Source: Anolis carolinensis (taxonomy: Eukaryota). Taken from it: 64,000 nt of DNA. Position 1 is the first letter of the stretch. Each line of letters starts with the position of its first letter. Where the stretch lies: assembly GCF_035594765.1 (NCBI RefSeq), contig NW_026943824.1, positions 8,450,317-8,514,316 on the forward strand, given 5' to 3'. Made by a program: the position numbers and the translations under genes. This document shows, one piece after another, positions 53,601 through 64,000 of the stretch. The notes under the pieces were generated by a model. The model saw only the letters and a program-made list of their open reading frames with translations, did not search any database and was not told the DNA's origin.

Positions 53601-56600
53601 TCTCGGGCCCCTTCCTTTTTTCCCTCAGCCACTTAAGCGACAAACAGGAAAGGATCTCAAGAGTTTTAGATCACTGTGGAGTGGCAAATGCAGAAAACTT
53701 TCAGTGGCCACATCAAGGCAGAAAGTAACTTGGGATATACAGGTTGATCTCTGGGTGATTCACAAGGAGTTCAGACTCACAACTGGGATATACAGGTTGA
53801 TCTCTGGGTGATTCACAAGGAGTTCAGACTCACAACTGGGATATACAGGTTGATCTCTGGGTGATCCACAAGGAGTTCAGACTCACAACTGTTAAAACAG
53901 ATGACTCTCTAACCCTCCATCCTAAATTGTATGAAGTGAAATTTAGGTAGCCAAGAATGTTTCTTTTTAGGAATATACCTCAGTTCAGTTCCAATATTTA
54001 AAACAGATACCAGAGTTCAACATCTATATCTAATCTAATCTAAATCCATAATAAAAGTGAAAACCCGTATGTATGTGGCACGCAAATAATACCATTCTCA
54101 AATGACCCGGGCACCGCCAGGTCCCTTTGCTAGTTCTATAATAAAATTGGCATATTTTGCACCTGAGTTTCAGGGTTCAAGTGCAAGCAAAGTAGATCCC
54201 ATAAAACGGACACTTCTTTCTGCCCTGGAGAATAATGACCATTTAGACATGAGTTCTACCATCAGAAGCAGAAAATAACATTTCAAAATCATGGCAACCT
54301 ATTTTTTTAAAAAAAGTTTAAAGCTTACTGGAAGCATCCTCTGCTTTGAAACAGCTTTTATTTCGGTCAGCAATCCAGTCCCACAAGGATATTTCACACA
54401 GCTGCATCTGTATGTGAAGCATCAGATGATACTCCATCTGAAAAGGAAGGATCAATAAAGGTTCTCTCAATGTGCTACATGTATATTCTTCTAGGGCTGT
54501 ATCCAATATGGTCTTTGTGCCTTCCAAAATCCCATGCCTCCTCCATCATCCCCCAACACACAAAACCTCTTAATGTGGAGAACTGGACAATGCCAGAGAA
54601 AGTTACCAGAGGGAACCACCTAAAATTCCTGACACAATTAATGGATACAGTGTTCCCTCACTACTTCACAGTTCACTTTTCCGGATTCACCGTTTCGCGG
54701 TTTTTCAATAAACTTTAAAATAATATTATAAATCATAAAAACTACAATTTACAGCCTAAGGAAGGGAGGAAGGAGAAGCCGAAGGGAGACAAAAGGAGCC
54801 CAAGTGGCAACGGGTGGAGGAGGCGGCGATTTATCAACACACGATTGGTTGATAGACTAGTGTATAATTACTAAAATAATGTATAATTATTAAAATAAAT
54901 ATAGTGCCCCTACTTCGTGGATTTTCACTTATTGTGGGTGGTCCTGGAACCTAACCCCAGCGATAAGTGAGGGAACACTGTATATATTTTAGGCATGGTG
55001 CAGGAAACACACATTTTTACACAAACAATCTGATTTCTACCCCTCCAAAATGTATAGTACTGGGGCCTGTTTGGGGAGGGAATAATTGAGGCTGCAGTGG
55101 ACCTATAGAAAAGTTGTAGAAGAAAGCAATTTAAATGTTGATTTCCAAAAGGAATGAAAACCAAGAGGAAATATTGTTGGCAAGGAGAATATTACATACC
55201 AATCAAAACTGTCACTTCAGAGCTTGGGAAATGGCATTTTACAGCAAAAGGATGTACTGTATATCATCATGATGTTTTTTTCAATTCCAATAAAAATTGG
55301 GTGGATTTTGTACCTTTTGGAAAGAAATATGCTTACATTCTGTGTTTACCTCACACTGCTGCAGCAAAGAAACCCCTTTCTGGGATGACTGTTCGTCACT
55401 GTAAGAATCATTTGTGCTCATGTTATGTTGCTCGTGATCACCGTGAGGCACAACGGACGCAGGATTTTCATTGTATTTTGAAATACCGGAACTGTCATTT
55501 GAGCAGCTGTTTTTGTTCGATTTGTGTACAGCGTTGCTTTCAGAATTTTCATCAACAGAATCTTCAGGGTTGAGATCGGCAAAGATAATGGAACTACCAT
55601 CTTCCATATCCTGATCACAGCATGGGTCTCTGCAAAAAATGTGAGGGTGATCCTCAAAACACTATGCAAAAACTCCCATAAGAGTTCACAGAATGTTGTA
55701 CTAGAACTCCTCTTTCTGATATTTCAATGTATTTTTATTGTTGCTATATAGCCAACACAAGGTACAAAGAGGAGAAGCAGGTTAAACAGTTGCAGAAGTC
55801 CTTAAAAAGAAAAAAAGGTCCTCAAGTCTCCTAAGCCTTTTCACTTAAGTACAATTCTATTGAGCTCACTGAATCTCACTGTTTGGAGAAAGAATTGAGA
55901 GTAATAGGAAGAACCTCTACACTTCTGGGTTTAACTTTTGAAGATTTAATTAATATGTTCTGTCTCGTAATCTCTAGCTCTTCCATGACGACTGAGAGCT
56001 CAACTTTCACTGGAAGGTTTCAATTCATGGATGCTGACAGACAAAAGAAACAGCCTCTACTTCTTTGTTAATTTATGGAAATACTTGCTATTAATCAGGC
56101 ATTATGTAAAATATTTATCTTCTTCAATCTCCTAAGATAAAAATAAAAGTCTTTGCATGTTCCTCAGGCTAAAAAAACATTCCCATGGTAAGATCAAAAC
56201 ATTCTAAAGAGCTATTTGACAATATATATGGGATACATACACAGAACTTCCTTGCTCAGAACACACTTTGAGTGATGGCAAATTTAGATTTGATTCACCT
56301 ATAATTGAATGAGAAACATTAAATTTTATTAATCACTTTACAAAATACCCCTACATTCATTTCCCCAGCCTCAAAAGATGATGATGAGAATTATTATTAA
56401 TCAACTTTATAAACGTATAGGTAATTTAAATCCCAATATATTCACTAAAAATATTAAGGTAGCCACCCTGAGTCTCTTCAGGGAGATAAGGGGGAATATA
56501 AATAAAGTTTATTATTCAGTCATGGCAGTTAAAGTGATGATGGATGCAACCTGGGATGCACTGCGTATTAACTCCTGCATGGCAAAGTGCAAGTGACACA

Positions 56601-59600
56601 CAGAAGTCAGAACGTTGATATGCTATCCTCACCTTTCAGGCATGTTGGTTGAACATGCTCCATCCAAGCAGTGTGGTAACCTACAATATTTGGGTGCTGC
56701 AGCCCAGCCAACACTTTCACTTCCCGTAATACCTTTAAAAAAGACCAAAAATAACACATTGAACGCACTGGACTAACCAGCATCTAACATGTAACAGCTC
56801 AGAAGCAGGTACCAAAATAAAACAAGAGGTACCCCATTCTTAAACCAATTAAAAGTATAATTCTTGTGGCAAAGGGTCAAAGCTCAAGCCAGAAGGCATG
56901 CTTTCCATGCTGCTGAACACAGAGTTAACTCCTGATGTCTCCAGGCTAAAGAACAGGTGGAAGATTTGGGAAGTTCACAGGAGGAACCTATAGGGTAGAT
57001 GGATAAATAACCCAATCTAGAACAAGGCAGCCTCCATTCATGTAGCAAAAAAAGGCTTTTTTGATTCAGAGTATGTGAATGGTTGAAGAATGCATACATA
57101 CACACCTTCATGCAGTCTCTTTTGGTGGCCTTCTTAATAAGAATCTTTTTAATTGCATAGAACTGACCATCAAGCTTGTTTCTGACCTGAAAACAGATTG
57201 TCCACATGTCAATTAACATCAAATTTAAATCAACATTAGCTAAATGACATTCTATATGCATCTCCACTCTATATCACTTTTGTCCACTCACAATACTGCA
57301 AAATGATTCCCTGAGCACTAATACAAAGAAAGGTGGGATAAAGATGGAAGAAAATATAAGGCAATCAGGCAGATTAATCACCAAGAGAAGTCTTTTGGCT
57401 TCACCTTCTGCTTTTAACTCACCCACTGAAAACTCAGATTATTATCACAGCTGCAAACTAGGATAGTTGCTAAACAAGTGTAATATCCAAACCTTGTCCC
57501 AGGCAAACTGATTTCATTCCTTTTTTATGAACAATACTTCTCAATTAAATTAGTAATTGGTTTGTTCTCGTTAGGTCTATCTATACTTTTTATCCCAAAC
57601 TCCCTCCAATATGAAATCCAGCCACAATAAAGAGGGGAATACCTCCTTACTGGTACAATTTTCATAGAAATATTAAAGAGGAAGAATAATAGGATGGCTA
57701 GGATGATGTGTGGCCAAACCAATCAGAAAAAAAATATTATACAGAGAATTCTTTAATCCAAGTGATCATGAAGATCAATGGCCATGAATATTTGTTTAAA
57801 ATACCATTTTGAGAAAACATACTACTTACTCTGAAATCCTGTACAAATCTATCAAGAAGTAAATTCCCACTAAATTCAGAATGCATATCCTCAAATGATA
57901 GGGTACAGGATTGTAATCCTGCTTGTTTTTCATTTTAATGTAAATAGTTCTTAATAAGTTGCTGATGTATAGCATTAAAACACCTTGTATACTGTTCCGT
58001 AGCCTCCTTTTCCAAGTCTTGAAATCTCATCAAATTCATTAATGTAGCGAGAAGTCTGTGCTTCAAAAAGAATACTTTCCCTACTTTAAAAAAATAGACA
58101 ACAGTTGTAACTAAAAGAAATGTTAGCAAAGGCATCATAATTTTTTTGAGGTAAAAGAAACACATACATTTACTTTAACTTATTCAAAAATTAAAAGTAC
58201 TGAAAAAAGACCCTTCTTTTAAAAGACTTTTACATTGTTCAGTACGGACAAATCACAGACACAGGTATGACATTACTAGATGCTAGAGACACGTTTTGAT
58301 GTAAGATACACATTGACTTGTCTGACAAATAGCACCACTACAAATTTCCACATTGACATAATAGTAAATCCCAAACATCTATATATATGGACTGTCTATC
58401 CAAAACTCAGGAAGTTCTGCAGAATTAGCTTCTTGACCCTCATGAGATATCACTATCCTTGTCAAAACAAGCTGAGAACATGACAAACTCAAAACATGCT
58501 TTCAAATCCTGGTTTATTCTCAATATATAGTTGAAAGAAAATATAGTTCACTGAATTCAGAACACCACAGGCAATTCTGCTCTATTTAAAACAAAAAATA
58601 AAGCTTTCAGTATTATCTACAGCTTGTTACCTAACATTAAATGACCTTTTGTTCTAAGTCTAATACTAATTTGCATTTTATAACTGTGAAATGGAGACTC
58701 TGATAATTATCTTAAACATGTGCACTGGGAATAAGCCTCGCCGAGCTCAACAGATCCCATTTCTGAATAAAAATGCTAAACAATACAGTTGTCATAGTTC
58801 TCTGTTTATAACGTTTTAGAGTTTATAACGACAATCTTTGTTATAGTTCTTTGATCTCTTACCTGTTTGTGCATGGATTGCCATTACCAAACTCCTGCAA
58901 AACATAACAAAAAGCAAACATTTCATAAACAAATGGCTGAATAATGTATATGAATGTAGTAACGTATACAGTATGTTTAAAAACAGCTACTAGTTACTTC
59001 TTCTAGCAAAACTAAAATTAAACAAATCAAAGAAATGTCAGCCTTAAACTTTTATTTAGGTTTATATTTACATAAAAGCTAGACTGTCACAATGCTCACT
59101 CTCCCAACCATATATCCTCTGTCGATTCGCCATTAATCCAGTCAATTTTGGGAAGCGAAGGACCAAATTGGAATGCCAATTTTGTTTTTTCTAAACCTAT
59201 ACAATTTCTCTCAATTTATAAACAGATTCGTGAATTACTACTGAGTGCATTAATATTTGTCCAGAGAAGACCAACAATACTCAAATGGATAATCATTATA
59301 GCTCTCTCACCAAAGCATGGTCAGGGAAATATAACTACAATTCTATAAGTCTTGTTTAATTAAAATTGCACTTTCAGTTCAAAGCTGTAGCTAGCACAGT
59401 TCATCACAGAATATTGTGTCCAAATGAACTGCAACGTATTCTCTTGCCATGAAAGTGGCATTCCAGTACAATAAAATAAGTGTCAGAACATGAAGGAGGA
59501 ATATTAATATAACAACATTATCACATCTCCAGCATCCTGTAGCTTGTATATTACAGCAAATCTGAAAAGATCTGAAATCCTATGGTTTGTATATTAAAGC

Positions 59601-62600
59601 AAACCTGTTCCATCTTTACTAATACTGACAAGTGCAGAAAAAGGATAAGACAGGTAAGCCTACCTCATTTAGTATTTGTTTGTTCGCTGCTTTCATTAAT
59701 GCGGCAATGGCCCTATTATGCTGCAGTCTCAGACTACTAAATTCTTCACATACAGCAAAATCAGATAGCAAGCGCATTTGAGTAAATGTTTTACAAAGTA
59801 CTGTAGAAACAAAAATAAAACAAAAATACTTTATGAAGTCGGGAAAAAACTTGCGTTTTAGGCAACACTAAGACTCTTAAAAGCTCCATTATTTTTTATG
59901 CCCTGATCCTTCTGAAATTGCAATTACCTCTTAATAAAGAGTATAATAAAATTCAAAGATGCCAGTGCCTGCCTTCAGTCACTGATAAGCATCTCCCTAT
60001 TAAGAAGCCCAAGCTAAACTCTTACTAACATTGAAACAGGCGTCTAGAGCGTGCAGGATCTTGTGCGTAGATGTGGCAAAGATGTTCCAGCAGAGAAACA
60101 AGCAACAGCTGGTTGGCAAACGATGATGTGATGTTCATTATCTTTTGAGAACCATTTAAACCTCGAAGCTCTGTAGGCCAATCAGAATCTGAAAATGAAT
60201 GGGCAAAAATTGAAGATGAAAAGAAATAAATTGAAGAAATAGAAACATTGAGAAAGCAAGTGTCCCATTATTAATTCTCCCCTATATTAATGCTGACACA
60301 AGATGACATAACTTCCAGACAGTGAAAAAAAAATTTGATGGCAAAAACACTGCTTTATTGCCATGCAAAAATTGTAACCCCAATCTCTGAACTGGTTTCA
60401 GCAGTCTTCATATGCTTAAGAAGATTTTTTACCACATGGATACTGGAAAAATGAACTTGTCACAATCCATCCTTTACCAATAACACATTTATAAAGAACA
60501 TTAATCTTTCTCTAACCAAAATAGCCCCGTCTCAGTACTGGAAGAAATACTAGCATATTTGAGGGAATGCCTATGTTCACAGAAACCTAAAAAAAACCTT
60601 TAGATTAAAACCTATATCATGAAGAGGTTGAGATCGAACAAGATATTCTGTGGGCACATAAATGGTTTTAACTGTTTGCATAGGGGAATGGAGTGTCCTC
60701 AAATAGAGCACGGTTGGCTGGTCAACTGGCTCCTTAATTGGCCCTCCACACACTAACATTTTAGTTACAGATTCTACTTTTTAAGTGCAGTACGTAACAG
60801 ACTTACCCCTCCAACATGTAACAACAATATTCAAGGGCAGCTTCTATTTAAGCACCAGCCTAGCCAAAGATGACAAAGAACTCTTTGAAAGTAAGTGGTT
60901 GAAATAAAAGTTAATACAGGAATCCATCATCCCTCTGCATACAACACAAAAACTTCAGTAGGAAACTGTAAGAGGAAGGCACTCTCCACCCCAAATATGC
61001 AGCAAGTCTGTAACATTTCAAGCCTTCTATAATGAGGAAAGTATGACATGACTGAAATCCTCGCCATCAGGAACCCATTATCTGTTATCCCTACCTATTG
61101 TTGTTTCTTTTTTGCTTTGCTTTTGTGTAATGTATCATCTAATTTTAAATAGGCACAGCATTAGAATTAAAAAGAATATGGTTGGCTTCCGTGCAATACA
61201 AGGGGGATGAGAATCATGTGACTTTCCAGTTATTAAACACCAATCTCCAGTGTTTCTCCTAATATTTATTGAATACTGGGAATTGTTGTCCAACAGCTGA
61301 AAAATCACATGATTCCAACCCAAGTCCAATAAAAAAAAGAAACTGATGCAACACTACAGTACCCAAAAGCCCTGGAAAGAAAGCCATAAAACAGATTGGA
61401 AGAAATGGTGAAACATCCGCTTACTTCTCTGTCTCTAGAGAAAACTGATGCAACCACATAACTCCTTGGTTATGTAAATCCCTCCATTCCTAACACTGAG
61501 ACGTTAAACAATCTAGCTTGACTAGCAGCATTCAGAACATATCAGAATCTGTGAAAAACTCAAAAGGATATTAAACTGTCTAATATATCTGACCATTACA
61601 TGTCCTACTGCTGCTCTTCTCAGATTACATTCATTCCTTAACCCTTGTGAAATCCTTCTATACCAAGCAATTTAAGTCACCCTACCAGTTTGTTAATATA
61701 CAGCAAGTCAGCTGTGAAGATAAAAACAACTAGCATACTGCTTCAGGAGAGGTTGTTTAGTTTAGTTTTCTAAAATCCTGAAGGCTGGGTTATTTGCCTA
61801 CAGGGAGTCTTTTGTTGGGTTTGCTTTGTTTTTACAAGATAGCAACCCACAGAACAATAAAAATGACTGGAAACAAATTAAAACCACTAGAGAGCACAAA
61901 AACAACCTTTCCTACCCCCACGGAGAAATCTCTGCAATCATTTGAAAAACTCTGAGAACCCCTGCATATTAATAATTATATATCTATAGCTTTTGAAAAT
62001 GTGGGGGTTTTTTTCCCTCTAGTATAGGCTAGTTGTCCCGACATGAAATCCTGCATAGAATAGTTGTATGTGGTTATATGTACTGTAGTGTTTTTCCCCC
62101 AAAATAAAATAAGTTATTATTAAAATGCCTGATCTTTTACTGAACCCTTAAGCAAACTCTTGAGGGCTCCTGATTGAGACTCTGGGCCCTTCCACACTGC
62201 CATATAACCCAGAATATCAAGGCAGATAATCCACATCTGCTTTGAACTGGGTTATCTGAGTCCACACTGCCATATAATCCAATTCAAAGCAGATAATGTG
62301 GGATTTTATACAGCTGTGTGAAAGGGGCCTCAACGTAACAGTGGGGTTCTTGCAATTCCATACTGATTTACGGATTGTGACTCCACATTGATACTAAGGA
62401 TTGCCACTCCCATCAGTCCCAGCCAGGGATGTTGGGAGCTGCCATTCATCCCATCTGACAAGAAACACTTGGCCTACCTTTAAGTATAAATGAAATATTA
62501 AATTATAGGGTTGTTGTATGTTTTCTGGGCTGTATGTATGGCCATGTTCCAGAAGTATTCTCTCCTGACGTTTCGCCCACATCTATGGCAGGCATATACC

Positions 62601-63588
62601 TCACCACCTCTGAGGATGCCTACCATAGATGTGGGCGAAACGTCAGGAGAGAATACTTCTGGAACATGGCCATACAGCCCGGAAAACATACAACAACCCT
62701 GTGATCCCGTCCATGAAAGCTTTCGACAACATATTAAATTATAAGTTAAAATGCAAAGATGAAAATACACTTAGGACAGAATTCAGCAAATTTAAAATTC
62801 ATGGTTGAAAATTGCCAGAAGCACCTTAAGAGTTTGGCCCTTTCACACTGTATCTACAGTAGTCTCACTAATCCAAGCTAAAGAGGCCGGCAGAAGCTTG
62901 GATAAGTGAGTATCTTGGATAATAAGGAGGGATGAAGGAAAAGCCTATTAGACATCAAATTAAGTTATGGTTTTACAAATTAAGCGCCAAAACATCGTGT
63001 TATACAACAAATTTGACAGAAAAAGTAGTTCAATACGCAGTAATGTTATGTAGTAATTACTGTATTTACGAATTTAGTACCAAAATATCATGATATATTG
63101 AAAACATTGACTACAAAAATGGCTTGGATAATCCAGAAGCTTGGATAAGCGAGGCTTGGAAAAGTGAGACTCTACTGTATTTGTTTTCTAACTTGTGTTT
63201 CCCAAACACAGGCCTTCCAGATGTTTTGAACTTCAACTCCCAGAATCCTTGATCATTGACCAAAGCAGCTGAGGCTTCTGGGAAGTGAAGTCCCCACCAC
63301 CTGGAGGTCTAGCGTTTGAAATAATCATACAAATTATGATATTGACTGCGAAGGCCATTCCCCCCAGAGCTTGTTATGGCTTTATGAAAACCAAGTCCTA
63401 AAACCAAAGGGCGCTCGCTTCTGAGGAAAAACATTTCCAATATGGTTGCCCCCCCCCCCTTCATTCGACCTAAACGCACCGTCTAATTCCGGCCCCGCGG
63501 CCTGGTCGTCTGGGAACTCCAAAGCCGGGGGTGGCGAGGCCTTCTCGGCTCCCCGGGGCCCCCTCTGGCCCACTTTCCCTCGCCACAT
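47668..63588 (-). CDS. EIF2AK1: Heme-regulated eIF2-alpha kinase (HRI), 15 exons, 611 aa
   Basis: Exons 63588-63480, 60188-60030, 59800-59664, 58894-58863, 58080-57984, 57186-57106, 56732-56633, 56298-56241, 55629-55350, 54437-54329, 53384-53278, 49629-49509, 49402-49323, 48860-48627 and 47799-47668 (total 1836 nt). Kinase motifs [33 protein letters not shown] and DMYSLG; kinase insert; C-terminal coiled coil. Confidence 0.95.
51049..52710 (+). CDS. ANKRD61: Ankyrin repeat domain 61, nested antisense in EIF2AK1 intron 11
   Basis: Large last exon 51822-52710 with ankyrin repeats (HPLHLA, RTALHLA, ETALHLA, AIHTAC) and KAGTLLAAG, matching ANKRD61 as recalled. Tentative upstream exon 51049-51128 (MEQSK...DPET, phase-2 GT donor) joins in frame. 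The 5' structure is less certain than the last exon. Confidence 0.85.
53727..53891 (+). repeat. 53-bp tandem repeat, 3 copies
   Basis: TGGGATATACAGG at 53731, 53784 and 53837. Confidence 0.9.
54039..54133 (+). mobile_element. Minimal Helitron-like element (about 95 bp)
   Basis: TC...ATAATAAAAGTG start, GACC...GGTC hairpin and CTAG|T end. Confidence 0.5.
54648..54980. mobile_element. Tigger/mariner-like MITE
   Basis: TIR CAGTGTTCCCTCACT with TA flanks. Confidence 0.7.
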
Positions 63589-63730
63589 GGCGGCCAACCG
63601 ACCCCTCTGAGGCCCCACAGGTCCCACTGAGGGAAGACGATGCAGGCCGCGCAGGCGCAGTCGAGGCCCAAGCCTTCCGTCTGAGGAAACTAGGCCCGAT
63701 AGCGCCCCCACAGGCCGCTGAGGGCAGCAC
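63400..63730. promoter_or_regulatory. CpG island at the EIF2AK1 promoter and exon 1
   Basis: CpG-rich, with Kozak-like GGCCGCCATG at the start codon (63588). Confidence 0.75.
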
Positions 63731-64000
63731 ATGCCACTTCCACACAGCTGAATAAAATCCCACAATATCTGCTTTGAACTGGGACATATGGCAGTGTGGA
63801 CTCAAATATAACCCACTTTAAAGCACATATTCTGGGTTATGTGGCTGTGGGGAAGGGCCCTACGTTTCTTCCCTCTGAACAAAAGGCCTTTGGAAGGCTG
63901 AATCTGTCAAAGGTCAGACGCCAACTGAGAGCCAAAATATAGTTTATTAAAGTAATAGTCCAAAAATAGTTCAGTAAATTAACAGAGACTTGAAACACTT

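Noticed and set aside
55860-56033. Candidate extra EIF2AK1 exon with a good acceptor at 56034
   Set aside because: Stops occur in all three frames shortly after the acceptor. Exon 56298-56241 already joins 55629 in frame.

Overview
Vertebrate genomic DNA, most likely an Anolis-type lizard: it carries Sauria SINEs, Anolis-like Helitrons, mariner and hAT MITEs, and many (AAT)n tracts. The window holds the conserved RSPH10B(-) / PMS2(-) / AIMP2(+) / EIF2AK1(-) block, with ANKRD61(+) nested in an EIF2AK1 intron. I reconstructed phase-consistent exon chains by hand. PMS2 has 15 coding exons (845 aa), AIMP2 has 4 (320 aa) and EIF2AK1/HRI has 15 (611 aa). Only the first four coding exons of RSPH10B are present, and the gene runs off the left edge. 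An intact U2 snRNA gene with DSE, PSE and 3' box lies between the RSPH10B X-box promoter and its first coding exon. PMS2 intron 1 contains a 6.4-kb class-I-like ERV with near-identical 1291-bp LTRs but decayed gag/pol. The ERV sits inside a composite Helitron whose captured repeat fragments are strongly G-depleted on one strand. Other notable points: HRI lacks both mammalian Cys-Pro heme motifs, AIMP2 exon 2 uses a GC donor, and ANKRD61 ends in a SOCS-box-like motif. All comparisons with human or other sequences are from memory; no database searches were run.
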